A stretch of DNA of 64,000 nucleotides, taken from Azolla caroliniana. Lineage: Eukaryota; Plantae; Polypodiophyta. Within the stretch, counting starts at the first letter, position 1. Each line of letters starts with the position of its first letter. This document shows positions 51,001-64,000 of this stretch, one piece after another. Position numbers and translations under genes: made by a program. Location of the stretch: NCBI GenBank assembly GCA_043228905.1, contig JBHGNT010000011.1, forward strand, positions 2,790,001-2,854,000, read 5' to 3'. The notes below the pieces were generated by a model. The model had not been told where the DNA came from and ran no database searches. It worked only from the letters and a program-made list of their open reading frames with translations.

Positions 51001-52069
51001 ACGCAATCGTCGTGGTTAGCTGATATATGAGCAACCCCGGAAGAGAGCATTGGGATGTCGTGAAGTGGATACTTCGGTACCTAAAAGGCACCTCGAACGC
51101 GTGTCTTCATTTCAGTTCGGGTAACCCCACACTGGAAGGTTATACTGACTCGGACATGTTGGCTGATGTGGATACCAGTCGATCCACGTCCGGGTACATA
51201 TGTCTTATGTAGGGGGAGTTGTTTCGTGGCAGTTGAGGCTGTAGAAGGTCGTGGCGTTGTTGACCACTGAAACTGAATATATGGCCGTAGCAGAAGCCGG
51301 TAAGGAAATCATATGGATGAAGGCGTTTATCGGTGAGTTGGGAATTCAACAGGAGGAATTCCAACGCCATTGTGATAACCAGAGTACCATCCACCTTGCG
51401 AAAAATGCCGCCTACCACTCTAGAACCAAACACATACAAAGAAGATATCATTGGCTCCGAGAGCGAGTAGAAGAAAAGGAGTTTTCTCTAGTGAAGATCC
51501 ACACGGCCGAAAATGGATCGAATATGTTGACGAAGGTGTTGTCAGCCGAAAAGCTAAACGCGTGCCAACAGAGAGTCGGTTTGGTGAAGTACCCCATGCC
51601 GGAGTGAAGGGGGAGTTTGTTGGGAAACAGGTTCTTCCAGATGGGAAGAGAAGAACCAAGTTGGTGAGTAACTAATCAAAATCGAAATCCGAAATCGTTT
51701 CGGAAGACTATAATTGTAAATAGTCTAAAATGCCTCTTGTGGGCTATACTTGTAAATAGCCAGAAAGTTGCTTTAGTAAAGTGTAGTTGATCATTATTGA
51801 AAAGTTAGAATGAGGGAGTTGTCTTTGTGCCATTTGTTAGACGAAGGAGAACTCGAGGTCATTGCCTCCGACTTCCGTATTTGTACTTCCACTCTACTAT
51901 AGTGATCTGTTTTCTCAGGGTTTGTGGACCCCCGTGGTTTTTCCCATTTCGGGTTTTCCACGTAAAACATCGGTGTCTGTGTCTTCATGTTTTTCATCTA
52001 TGTACTAGTTCTTGGTTTCTGCACATGTATACGAACGTGTAACCAGTTGTGGCCAGTTGATTCCTAACA
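48015..52069 (+). mobile_element. 5'-truncated Ty1/copia element (end of IN, RT, RNase H, PPT, 3' LTR) with an internal 1.2-kb duplication
   Basis: HLRVFG, QLDVKTAFLHG, SLYGLKQAPRQW, LLYVDDML, GYTDSD, CDNQSAI, HSRTKHI; PPT 51601-51616; LTR 51618-52069 TGTTG...TAACA. Confidence 0.93.
49119..49426 (+). mobile_element. Solo LTR (308 bp) inserted in the copia RT
   Basis: TGTCGAA...TTCAACA; perfect TSD ATTTC (49114-49118, 49427-49431); the empty site is visible in the second RT copy at about 50618. Confidence 0.92.
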
Positions 52070-52249
52070 AATCTAACCGACCTAGATGACTAACCACAGT
52101 AGGGTAGATTCAAACTATACCTCTACCAATTCGGTCGAATGCCAACAGACTTGTATGTATACATTTGTAACTATAGATTAAAATTGTAATCTAGGTTCAT
52201 GAGGGAGATAACCCCAATTATTAGTATACATAGGAAGAGTAGCCCTTTT

Positions 52250-52556
52250 ATGGGGGAGTTTGTTGGCATAAAAGGCCAACTCCTTCCAAATTGTATCCTT
52301 AAGTGTGAACACATTACCAAGTTAGCGCTTGAGTATATAAGCCTAACTGTAACACTCTAAAAGACAGAGCGAGTTTTACAGAAGAGAAATAAGAGTTTCC
52401 ATTAGAGCTCAACTATGCTTCTTACTTCTTGTTCATCTTGCTTGAATCTTCATATTCAATTTGTTTGTGTTGTTTGTTGTACATCACATTGCAGGTCCTC
52501 ACATATTCTCTCGCCTATCATATTCAAGAGTATGGTCACCCACTAACTACACAACA
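52250..52556 (+). mobile_element. 3' end (PPT plus LTR) of a second LTR element
   Basis: GGGGGAG-TT-TGTTGG at 52252-52266, TATA GTATATAAG, ends CAACA at 52556. Confidence 0.65.
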
Positions 52557-52559
52557 TAT

Positions 52560-53710
52560 GTAATGGAATATGTGGAATTGCTAATAGGTAAGACGAACAC
52601 TCCACTGAGGAAAGAATTTCTACTTGCTCCAATAAAGAAAATTGCCACATTAGTACTCCCTTCAACTTTTATAGATATGCTTTCGCTCCATGCCTACCAT
52701 CAAATACAAAAGCATGGTGCATATCCCAATTACGACGCAATCCCCAATTATATTTGAGAAATAGGAAAACGATCTCCATCTCTAATTTTGGGTCAACCTG
52801 TGTAAACTATGCAAACACCCATTGTCTAGGTGTTAAATAACATTGTGATAAAACTTGCCAAATTTGAGACATGTAACTCCAAATTTGACAAGCAATCAAC
52901 CATTGTATAAATCGATGGCAATGATACAAAATATTAATAGTCACTTGTAACAATGACGTCTGACCCTGTAAACACCAATCAATCCACGGTTGTGGCAATT
53001 TAGAATGTCACCTACATTTTAAGATCTACCACCACCTGTGATCAGATTTGTGTATTTTCCATTCTTCTTCAGCCTTAGATGATAACCATCCAAAAGACTC
53101 AACGGAGCAATGATACAAAATATTAATAGTCACTTGTAACAATGACGTCTAACCCCATAAACACCAATCAATCCATGGTTGTGGCAATTTAGAATGTCAA
53201 CTACATTTTAGGATCTACCACCACCTGTGATCAAATTTGTGTATTTTCCATTCTTCTTCAGCCTTAGATGATAGCCATCCAAAAGACTCAACGGAGCAAT
53301 GATACAAAAGATTAACAGTCACTTGAAACAATGACGGCTGACCCCGTAAACACCAATCAATCCATGGTTGTTCTCCTATTTGTAGGGGTAAAAAACCTTG
53401 CATCAATACAACATTTTGTAGTTGTTGCCATATAAACCCATAATTAGGCGGGATGCGGAATAATTGTTGCGGAGCAATGATACAAAAGATTAATAGTCAC
53501 TTGTAACAACGACGTCTAATCCCGTAAACACCAATCAATCCACGATTGTTCTCTTGTTTGTAGAGGTAAAGAACCTTGCATCAATGCAATATTTTGTAGT
53601 TGTTGCTAGATAAACCCATAATTAGGCAAGATGTGGAATAATTGTTGTGCTTCAAAAAACTCCAAAATTCTTGAAATGGAGCCTCAACTATATCTCCCAC
53701 CTCTTTGACC
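52560..53710 (-). mobile_element. L1-like LINE fragment with internal duplications of about 180-190 bp
   Basis: Homologous to 4030-4780; GCAATGATACAAAA.ATTAA.AGTCACTTG repeated at about 52918, 53107, 53296 and 53474. Confidence 0.6.
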
Positions 53711-53742
53711 CCCAAATGAAACAAGTGATTAAATTGAGAGTG

Positions 53743-53780
<38 letters not shown>

Positions 53781-54119
53781 CACCTACACCCCTCGGAAAG
53801 TCCATCGATGAATTCTTTATCATGCATTATGGTATGTCAGGGGGCACACCGAGTTGGGAAACATGGTGTTACTCGCTCCAGAGAAAGGCCTATTGTATGC
53901 ACAATGACAGATGATACAAAGTAGAAGATTATACTCGAAAATAGTTGGGTATACCTCAAAGGTACGCAATGCTTTGTGAGTGAAGATCGTACTATCTCAC
54001 AACAAAATGCTCGTCGCAAAGCATATGAAAGCATATGAAGAAAAATTGAAAAATAAGGTTAAGGATGTGCCTAAAGACAAAAACGTAGGCAAATAGGGAT
54101 ACGTGACCTATGAGACTAA

Positions 54120-57100
54120 ACCACTTCTTCTACGACTATGCTTTTGGAATTGCAATGGATACCCATGGAATGCGAGATTTGGAATAGAGGAGTTCAATGA
54201 TGACTCAGATATCACACTCCTTGTTGAAACATGGGAGCATGATATTCAAAGGATTCAAGGTTTAAGAAACTAGAATGTACACTCTTTGATATGGGAGAAA
54301 AATCCAAGAGAAAAAAGAGGAAAAAGAGGGGTGACATGTTTGATTAAGAAGGAAATAGAGAAACATGTGTCGATCATAAAAATGATGAGCATAAATGCTA
54401 CATATGGGTCAAAATAGAAACACCTAATGATTTGCCAACTTTTGTAGTTGGATGTTACATGCCTCATTAAGATTCTAACTTTTATGCTTGTTTGGATAAA
54501 GATCAACATTTTGCCAATCTAGAAGATGATATTTCTTATTTCAAATCCAAAGGGGAAGTTATTGTTTTTGATGGCATGAATGCTCATACAAGAAGTATCC
54601 AGCTTGATGCACAATAATCTTTCATGTCACATATCTCAAGGATGCAAGAAGACATGCAAATGTATAACCTCTCTTCTAGCGATGAAAAACATTCGAACCA
54701 ATTTGAGAAATTACTCCTACAAATGTGCAATAGTACCGGATTGCTTATTGCAAATGGTGTTTCCTTATGGCCCAACACTAATGGTTTTGCATGTAGAAAA
54801 CACAATGGAAATAGTGTGATTGACAATGTGCTACTTTCTGAACTTGGTATTTTGGATTGTATACATAAATTCTCACTTGGTGAATGGACACCGGAATTCG
54901 ATCATAGGGCTTTATGTATTGAACTCAAATGTATGCATAAGTTTGATTGTGAGAAGGCCGTTGAAGATAATAAACAACCGTTGTGAAGATTTTCGGCAAC
55001 TGTGTGAAAATCACGTGGAAAAGAGAAAACCGAGAAGGTGCAATGTGCACATGCATAAAAGGGGTGATGGTTACACTCGTATATTAGCACATTAATGTGC
55101 ACATGGATTTTGAACCTTACACCAACATAGGAGACAATTGACATACCATTAGGCTAAGTTGTTTCTTTAAAGTCTATTTTCATCATTGTACTTTTGACAT
55201 GTAAATTCTCCTACATGAGAGCTTGAATGAGTGACATGGTTATCATGCATCACATGCGATGCATGAGTGCCAAATGGCAATCACGCATCGCATGCATTTC
55301 ATGCATTGTATGCATGGCTTACACCCTAACATGCATCATATACATGGGGGCATTTATAAAAGAAAGAAAGGAAGAGAAAGGAGGGGGAATAAAAAAGATG
55401 TATTGAATCAACAAAGTAATACTAAAAAACTACTAGTTACCTTATTGGTGGTGTCTTGTTTTCAAATTCAAAATCAAGGGTTCAAACTCGGAATTGGAAT
55501 TTTTGTCTATCTCTATCTATCTACCTACCTATCTTCAATATTTTCTCGTTTGCGCTAGTAAAACATCGAGTTCTTTTGGTGTAGACATCGACGTTCCCGC
55601 TTCATTATCTTGAACAATCCTTTCGATCCTCCATCACCAGTTGTGGATAGAGGCCCGATGATTGTCTGCGCACGTGTGCCATGCACATCGCAACATTTGG
55701 CACGTGTGTTACGTACTTCTCGACATCTTTGTGGTGCGGTAAATACTTTCTCAATCTCTCTCTCTCTGTCTCTCAACCAACCTGCACAAGCGTCTTCGAC
55801 AACAAAGAACGATTCGACTATAAACCTAAACGGTTGACTCCTTACATGCACAAGTCACCCGATTCATCCTCCTCGGTCAAAGACCCTGGTGGTCCCGTTC
55901 GACCGACCTGTAGGCGCGGATTTTCACGACACTGCACTTGAGCATGAACCTTAAGCGAACACCCATGTATTCCAAGATGGTTGAGGATATGTTACAAATG
56001 ACAAAGATATAACATGGTGCCACACTAGAATGCAAATGGGAAGCTTTTAAGAAAGTCATTCTCTCATGTACAAACAAATATTTTTTGATCAACCGCACAT
56101 CTTGGAAATGCACCAAGAAATTTATTTCAACGAAAAAATGGTTTGATAAAGAATGTTGTGAAGCTTGAAAGTGCCTTATGGTTTTGGATGTAGTTAAGGA
56201 TAAAGAAAATTACCAAAAACATTTGCATGAGTATAAAAGGCTTATTCAAAGAAAGAGAAGAATATGGGAAGTTATTCAACAATTTCTCCAAATGCAAGAG
56301 AAAGCATATGCATGTGCTAAAATTTGGGGAAATTTAAAGGGGAAACGTGTTGAGAGTTATGGTGACTTAACTCTTCACGACTTGCCTATGCATTAGAAGA
56401 ATTTATATGAGTTATCTCTTGCCGGAAAGATGATTTGTTATGGTTCTCTTTCACATATGTCTCCCTTCTTTACAATTGAAGATGTATGCATAGGACTTGA
56501 AATTGGCCTTTCGAAAAGCAAACGATCTTCATTGTACAAAGGTTGAAATGCTCAAATGGATGAGAAAGGAAGTACATGTATGGATAAGCGATATGTTTAA
56601 TGATGCATTGCAACATGGTATGTCGTATGATTGTACTACAAATTGGATCAAACCTTTAGATAAAGGTGGTTTAGATGTAAATATTGTAAACAACTATTGA
56701 ACCATCATGGTTGGCTTGTTAATGGCAAAACTATTTAGATGTATAAAGGAATCAAAGATAAGTGTATGGGTTGAAAAAAATGGTAAGAGAGCTTATGGAC
56801 AAGCTAGCTTTCGAAAACACCATAGCACCATTGATCACCTTATTACCCTTCAAGTATTAATGGAGGAAAGTTGCCTTAGAGGTAAAGGTTTATATTGTTG
56901 CTTTTGATATGGTACCTCGTGACCATCTTTGGAGATGAGTGGAAGAACTTGAGGTGCCAAGTGAATATATGCTTGCAATTTCCCGAATATATGAGAAGGT
57001 TATATGTTGTGTGCATATATCTATGCATTGATGAATTGGAAGAAATGGTTACCAAGTTTGTAAAGGAAGAATGTGTTCAAGACTTTCCAATTGTTAATGT

Positions 57101-58393
57101 TGTCATTATGATTTTGCTATATGTAGATGATGTAGTGCTTTTTGCAAATACTTTGGGAGATGCACAAAAGCTTATGAAGGCATTGCAAAATTTTGCATGC
57201 ATACTAAATTAAGTGTTAATATCTCTAAAACAAAGATTATGCTTGTGAAGAGCCAAAAAAGAGATAAACCATGCATTATGTACAATAATGAGCCACTTGA
57301 ATGTGTGGCAAGCTTCAAATATCTTGTCCTTGAAGTTCCTTCAAATCATAGATGGAATGAACGTGCTACACATTGCTTAAAGGTGGGTAAACGAGCATAC
57401 TATGCATTTCAAAACATATGCAATCATGGAGATATTAAGTGTTTGGTCCTCAAGAAATATCTTTTCAACACTTTGGTGACACCGGTTCTTCTCTATGGGG
57501 TGGAAGTATGGGGTAGTATCATCCCTAAATCTACATGGAAAGAGTTTGAAAATGTCCAAAAACATTTTCTTACAAAGTTTCTACAAGTTAAGAAACAAAC
57601 GCCCTACGCCCTCCTCCTTGAGACGGGATCGCTTCCCATTGAGATCATGACCATGGAAAGGGTTGTTGAATACATGCTTAAGGTTCAAAAAAGTCCCTCA
57701 CTTTGACTTCCTAGAATTGCATGGGAATCAAGCACAAAGATCCATAAGATGCATAAAAGCAAATTTTTGTGTTTCTGTTGGATGCAAGATATGGGAAAAT
57801 GGTTGGTAGATGGGATGCAAGACACTTGCTTTATGATGCATTAGTAGATTCCTTTGTAAATGAGGCCTTTTAGCAACGCCAATGTATCATGACATGTGAC
57901 AAATCTAGAGGCTCACACTTCACACATTATACTACACATGTTGCACCTAACTACAAAACCATATTCTTTGCGGAACGGGGAAACCATACACATCGATACA
58001 TGTTAAAGCCCATCCCATTATCTGCCATTCAAACCATTGCTTCCATGCGACTTACCTCACATGCATTGCGATGTGAGACAGAGCGCCGGGGCACAAGTGA
58101 TGAGAGTGGCCGGCTATGCACACTTTGCCCTAAACAAATTCGAGAGTCTGAGTATCACACTTTGATACAATGCTCTGCCTTTGATAATATTCGACCATGC
58201 TTTCCACATATCTTTGACCGAGCCCAATGCTTGCACAAAATTTGTCTCACAACCACAATGTGCACTCTCGATTGCAACATTCGTTGGTAAAGTTCTTGAA
58301 CATTGAGAGTCGCTACTCAATTTCACACGTATCATGTGAAATGTAATATTTTTGGTCTCATTGGTCATATTTGACCTCCAAAGGCGATATTAG

Positions 58394-58428
<35 letters not shown>
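54120..58428 (+). mobile_element. Degenerate LINE (APE endonuclease, RT, CCHC), RTE/RTEX-like, with (CT)n tail
   Basis: WNCNG and LLVETW (APE); QASFRKHHSTIDH, LLYVDDVVL, SFKYL (RT); RLTSHALRCE...CTLC...SEYHTLIQC C-terminus; (CT)n at 58396-58428. Confidence 0.85.
54982..55928 (+). mobile_element. Probable solo LTR inserted into the LINE
   Basis: Short terminal inverted match TGTGAAGATT / GATTTTCACG; TATA TTTATAAAAG at about 55353; LINE coding sequence resumes afterwards; TSD degenerate. Confidence 0.55.
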
Positions 58429-58430
<2 letters not shown>

Positions 58431-58712
58431 CACACGAGTGTGGTTGGTTGCTGGCTTGATTGTTTACATTGTGGTATCAAAGTCATAAATATGAGAGAGT
58501 GCGAGAGCCCAATTTCGATCATCACCCATGGGCTAGGTTTCATGTCATAGGACACAATTGGCTTCTCATGGACAATACAAAGATATCTATCTATCCATCT
58601 CTAATAGGTCACAATCGTTCTCTCATGGACAATACAAATTTATCTATCTATCTCTAATGGCACTACTAAGGTTATAGAGATGGCACCAAAAGATATTTAT
58701 CTATCTATCTAT

Positions 58713-58870
58713 CTCTAATGGTAAGGGTTGAGTTTGTTTATATGGAGGTACAATGTTTGAATCTTGTTACTTTTCAATGAATGGGTAAATACCCTATTTT
58801 TGTTGTAAACCAATTGTCTCATTGGCCAATTTTGGTCTTAGAAGACATTAATATATCTTTCTTTCTTTCT
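58713..58870 (+). mobile_element. tRNA-derived SINE with LINE-like 3' tail
   Basis: A-box remnant CTAATGGTAAGG, B-box GTTTGAATC, tail TCTCATTGGCCAATTTTGGTC...(TTTC)n; TCTAATGG repeated at both ends. Confidence 0.6.
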
Positions 58871-59139
58871 AATGGCATTACTAAGGTTACAGAGACGCAC
58901 CAAAAGATATATGTCTATCAATCTATCTATCTCTAATGGCATTGCTAAGGTTATAGAGACAATGCCAAGGTTATAGAGACGCGCCAACATCCATCCATCC
59001 ATCTATCTATACATCTCTTTCTAATGAAATTACTAAGGTTATAGAGACATGCGCCGAAGCCCATGAGAGACCTGTGCAGGAGCATAGAGAAACCTCTCCT
59101 CTCGGAACCAGATGTGGATCCGAACTCAAGTTCTTTCAT

Positions 59140-59174
<35 letters not shown>

Positions 59175-59314
59175 GACACACACATACACAAATAGAGTCA
59201 CTCAGAGAGTCTTTTCTTATTCAATGAATGCAATTCTGGTAAACATTTTGCCTTCTCCAAAAAAAGGATGGAGATATGTATGTATGTAAATAGTTCAACC
59301 AAATGCAGAGAGAC

Positions 59315-59346
<32 letters not shown>

Positions 59347-60229
59347 TTGTATACATACAATACATACAATACATATACGTGTTCTTCCTTTGATGAGGCG
59401 GGCTCAGCAGCTCCTTCTTTCTTCATTCCATCCATTCATTCTCTCTTTCTTTCCTGTTCCTGTCTCCCTTCGATTTCCTGTTCCTGCCATCAAATGCTCC
59501 CTTTTCTTCACCATCACTTTTCTGATGGGTTTTTACGACCCTTCTTTGTCAATTAACGGTTTCTTTATTTAATCTCCCTTCTTCTCCATTCGACCCATCA
59601 TCACAAACAGGTGCGTTTCTTCTTCTTCTTCTTCTTCTTCTTCTTTATTCATCACTTATTCTCTCGGTAAAAGAAGCAAACAAGAAATCAGCTTTTCCTC
59701 GCAACATTTCTCATCCTTTTATTCATCCATAGTTTGTTCTTTTCCGTTTTAATCCATCGCGCGCACCCCGTGCCGTTTAGGGCTCTTCCCGTTTTTGCCC
59801 ATTAATTATGCGAAATTGGGTCTCTGTTTACATCACATTCGACACAAATTTCTTTCAATCAAAAAAATAAAAACCCGCTTGGGGAATTTTTCCGTTTATC
59901 TATCTCACAGAAAACTTGACCTTATTTTGTAAGCAATGAATCCAATTTAACACCCTTTTAATCTATGTCGCTAATCCTAATCCCTAATATTTATACCCTA
60001 CATTAGACACCCTAATTTTAAACGTCAATTTAAAACTCCATGTACAAACCCTATTTGTAATTCCTAATTGCAAATTCTACTTTTCAAATTCTAAGTCCAA
60101 AACTCAAATTTGAAAGCCATAAATCCAAACTGTAGATTGAAACCCCAGTTTGGAATCCCAAATTGTAAACTCTAATCCCAAATCACCTTTTCCTAAACCC
60201 ATTAATCATCCCGTCCTTCTCAGTTAGTG

Positions 60230-63192
60230 ATGAAATCTCAGCCTACAATTAATCCTCCATACAAGCACTTACATGTAGGCATCACTTTATACCTCACGTT
60301 CATGTACATCAATTGTGTACATGCCAAAGGTCATGTTGGGATCATCAAACTCCAACATGCATATACTAATGTTATATCTTCGAAGAAGGGCATTGGTAAA
60401 GGAATGAGTAAGGAGCACATGGACCTCTTTAAAGCGCATGATATGGCAAGACATGGACGTGTTCTAGCAAATGCAACAGAATTCCCACTTGGAGGAAATT
60501 TCAACCCCTATGTGGCAGGGTCAGTTTATTCTTTCCACATCCTAAATGGAATAACTTTGCATATCTATGGTATGCTTAAAATGACTGAATGCACGTCAAA
60601 AAAAGAAAGAATTTAAGGTATTCTTAATAGCATTGGATGCATTTTAAGGCATGCTTAGAAGGATTGAATTTGTTTTAGGGTATGCTTAAAATGATTTAAA
60701 TGCATTTAAAGTATATTTGGAAATTCTCAAAATGAATTTAAGGTATGCTTGAAAATGATTGAAACTCATTTAAGGTATGTTTAAAATACAAGGCAATTTT
60801 TACTTGGAGGATATTTCAATCCTTATGTGGCTCAGTCAGGTTATCTTTTGATATCCGTAATGACATACATTTGCATATTTGATTTATATGATTAAATGGT
60901 TTGAAGCTGTGCATGTTGGGTTAGTTTTTTCTTTTCACACCCTGAATGAATGACATAGGTATGCATAGATTGAATGCATTTATGTATGAATTAGAAAATT
61001 AGATCGATCAATTAGGCTAAAGTAATATCTGGCAAAGAATCCATGATGATGGTCTTCCTTTTATCGGGTAAAGAATATGATATACTTTAGAATTTAGAAT
61101 GCCAATATGTGCATGGCCATCTAGTTAGCTACCCAAAGTTGAAATCCCGTTCTTGCCCTGGAAGTTTTAAGGGTCAGAAGACATATCATTCTTTATATGA
61201 TCCTGCAATCATCTGAAACTGTTTCAAACTTCACAGTGATATTTGTTATACCTTATTTTCTATTTACTGTTATATATATAATGGCATTAGAGAAGAAGAA
61301 ATTGCATCAAGTTTCTATCTGCATGAAGCTGCTTCTGTTCAATCAGTGCCTCTTCTAGCTCCTTTGCAAGTCCAAAATGGCGTATATGTTAGTGAACAAA
61401 GAAAATTTGTGTGGACAATATTCCTGTGGTACACATATTTGTTTCTTATATGTTCAATGAATTGATCATATACACATTTGCTTAGATTGGATATCTATTG
61501 GTTATATTCCTGAATCATTTCTTTGTGAAACAGGATTTACTTTACGCGCATAAGTCTGGGAACTCCATTGAAAGATTATTATGTTCAAGTGGATACTGGG
61601 AGTGATTTATTATGGTTAAACTGCAACCCCTGTACTGCGTGCCCAAGAACAAATAATCTTGGTGTAGGTTTATAATTAAATTGAGGTGAAAGACAACAAA
61701 AAATACCTCCAACTAATCGTGCGGACACTTACCGGAACATCCCTAAGATTTTTCCATAACAATTACCAGAACACCGTATATTTTTTGTACTATAGAAGGG
61801 CATTCTGATAATTTCAGGAAACTTAGGGGCATTCTGGTAAACATTCCCGAGAAGTATGGGTGTTTGGTTTTTGATGCCTTCTTTCCCCAACTTTCATGAT
61901 TTTATATATCTGAAGGGTCATTGTTTTTAAAAGTTTTTCTTTTTCTTTTGCCCCAGATGGTTCTAGTACCTTATGATCCTGACTCATCAATTACGAGCTC
62001 TCCATTATCATGTGACAATCCTGTTTGTGGCAATGGATTGAAGATTGTGAATACTAATTGTGATGGGGAAAACTATTGTGGCTATGGTTTCCAATATGGA
62101 GATGAAAGTAGCACAACTGGATATCTAATTTCTGACAAATTCATGTATAACACTATCCAAGCAAACAGTTCACAGGACAATACAGATGCAAACATAATAT
62201 TCGGGTGGGAGATGTTGTGTGTATATGTATTGTAAAAAAAACCAAAAACATCAATCTGATTTTGTTCTTTACTTTTTTTCTTTATGGATGTGATGCTTGC
62301 AGCTGTGGATATAGTCAATCTGGTAACTTATTAACGGCACAAAATGTAGTGGATGGAATAATGGGTTTTGGTCAGAGCAAGTTATCCGTTATTTCTCAGC
62401 TATATATGCAAGGGCTAATCCCCCGCGTCTTTGCTCATTGTTTACAAGGGTCGGAAAAAGGTGGTGGCATTCTTGTAATTGGAAATGTTGTGGATCGTGG
62501 GTTTCCCTTCACTCCAATCATTTCTTCCCAGTGAGTTAATATGACGTCTCTAATTGTGCAAAACTGAGCTAATTGTTTTCTTGTTTCTTTAATCTTGCTT
62601 CCAAAGATTAAAAATGAATTAACCTATTTCTTGGTAAAAATTTTAATTGCTTTTCTTGTTTGATTTGGTTGTGTTATGATATAGGACACATTACAATGTG
62701 AAGATGAAAGGTATATCTGTAAATGGTGTACAAATGGAAGTCAAATCATCAGCCTATGATACTGCAGAAATAACTGAAGGCACCATTTTTGACAGTGGGA
62801 CAACTCTTGCATACCTTGTGGAGCCACTTTACACTTCATTTGTAACTTCAGTATGTCACATGACTTCTTCATAACTAATTCTCTTTTTAAATATTATTAC
62901 TAAGTTTTTAAACGTCTCAAATTGTATACACATTCTTTTTAGAAATTTATCATAGAAAGAGATTGTTTTTTATTCATTTAAGTGGTTGTGATATTGAAGA
63001 GGTTAACATTGAACAGTTGTAATCTTTGTGAGGTCGCACAGGCCATTATTTGAGTTTAGATGTTAATATAATTGATCTTACATTTCTTTTTTACCACTTT
63101 CTTCTTATGTTCAAGAAGATTATCAAAGGTGCACCTTCTGAGGCTTATCAGCTCCCACAACCTGGGAATACGTGTTTTGTTTATTCCGGAAG
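60230..63192 (+). CDS. A1-family (nucellin/atypical, A36/A39-like) aspartic protease, 3'-partial
   Basis: Exons 60230-60519, 61534-61663, 61957-62204, 62303-62530, 62685-62850 and 63119-63192. Catalytic VDTGSD and FDSGTT, YGDESSTTG, IIFGCG, DGIMGFG, FAHCL. Probable 5' UTR exon ending at 59610. Confidence 0.92.
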
Positions 63193-63299
63193 GTAATTTC
63201 TCCTTCATATCACAATGCATGTCTTATGTGTTTTATTTCTATGGATTTCTTCATTTGTGAAAAAAGCTGCAAGTTTACTTAGAATAAGTGTTAGAGACG

Positions 63300-63700
63300 G
63301 AAGCACACCATCTGGGGTCTCATTGAGCTGGGCTTGTGGACATGGTTGTGACGATCATGATTAAGAATAAGTCTTCGGATGTTTCCTCTGCGTGGTTATG
63401 AGCATGTGTGGCATGCTTCCTCTATGATGCTGCCAGTTGAGCTTTTTATGAGGTCATCCACTAAACGAACCTTTTCCCCTTCTAATACTCCCAGCGATGT
63501 GGTTTTCCAGTCAATTCAAAATAAGCTCATCGATGCTAGAGTCAGTGTGTTTGGGACCCTGTTGAGGAAACTATGGACTATGCATATTTTACCCCCCAAC
63601 AAGTTCTTCACTCTGAGTATCACACACTACTGCAATGCTCTTTGATGCCATAGACGGTGTTTTGGATTCTGACATGAGGAGGAGACTCATAAACTATGCA
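63300..63700 (+). mobile_element. Intronic fragment of the RTEX-like LINE 3' region
   Basis: TCTGAGTATCACACACTACTGCAATGCTC at about 63613 matches 58147 (SEYHTL.QC). Confidence 0.5.
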
Positions 63701-64000
63701 TATTTTTGTTTTGAACACAGTTCTGGAGTTTTGAGTGTCACACTCTACTCCAATCCTCCACCGTTGATCACATTCTGTTCTTGATTTCCCAACATTTTCA
63801 ACCTTGAGCTATCCCTGCAAACATCTGTCTCAGCCACTGTGCAATCTTGATTGTGACCTTCATTGATAAGATTCTTGATCATCGAGAATCACTTACCACC
63901 TCCGCATACTAGGTAAAACGTTTCATCCAGAGGCCATATTTTGACCTACAAGAATGATAATAAAATCTATCTGCATATATTTCAAGATATATGAACGATG

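Noticed and set aside
61690-61880. Imperfect palindromic MITE-like segment in the protease intron
   Set aside because: TIRs and TSD could not be defined with confidence.

Overview
AT-rich plant nuclear DNA, probably from a non-seed land plant (bryophyte, lycophyte or fern). This is inferred from an ALDH21-type gene, Tcn1-like chromoviruses and an RTEX-like LINE. Four intron-containing host genes lie on the + strand: ALDH21-type aldehyde dehydrogenase (5' end outside the window, to 5719), a class B DnaJ/Hsp40 (34630-37107), a MOT2/MFSD5 molybdate transporter (41399-46550) and an A1 aspartic protease (from 60230, running off the end). Between them are decayed, nested transposons. A Ty3/gypsy stack at about 10.4-28.7 kb has a host element carrying two inserted LTR elements, one with a copia solo LTR in its own LTR. 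There are also hAT-type MITEs, a copia element with an internal duplication, L1-like and RTEX-like LINEs, and a tRNA-derived SINE. The most unusual observation is the LTR element at 20377-26932, which has no polypurine tract. In its place, 2 nt from the 3' LTR, is a copy of a tRNA-Arg 3' end, so the element has primer-binding-like sites at both ends on opposite strands. Other notable points are tRNA-like Pol III cassettes at LTR-like ends and an array of heat-shock-element-like repeats upstream of the Hsp40 gene. All coordinates and alignments were read by eye, tRNA and protein comparisons are from recall, and no searches were run.
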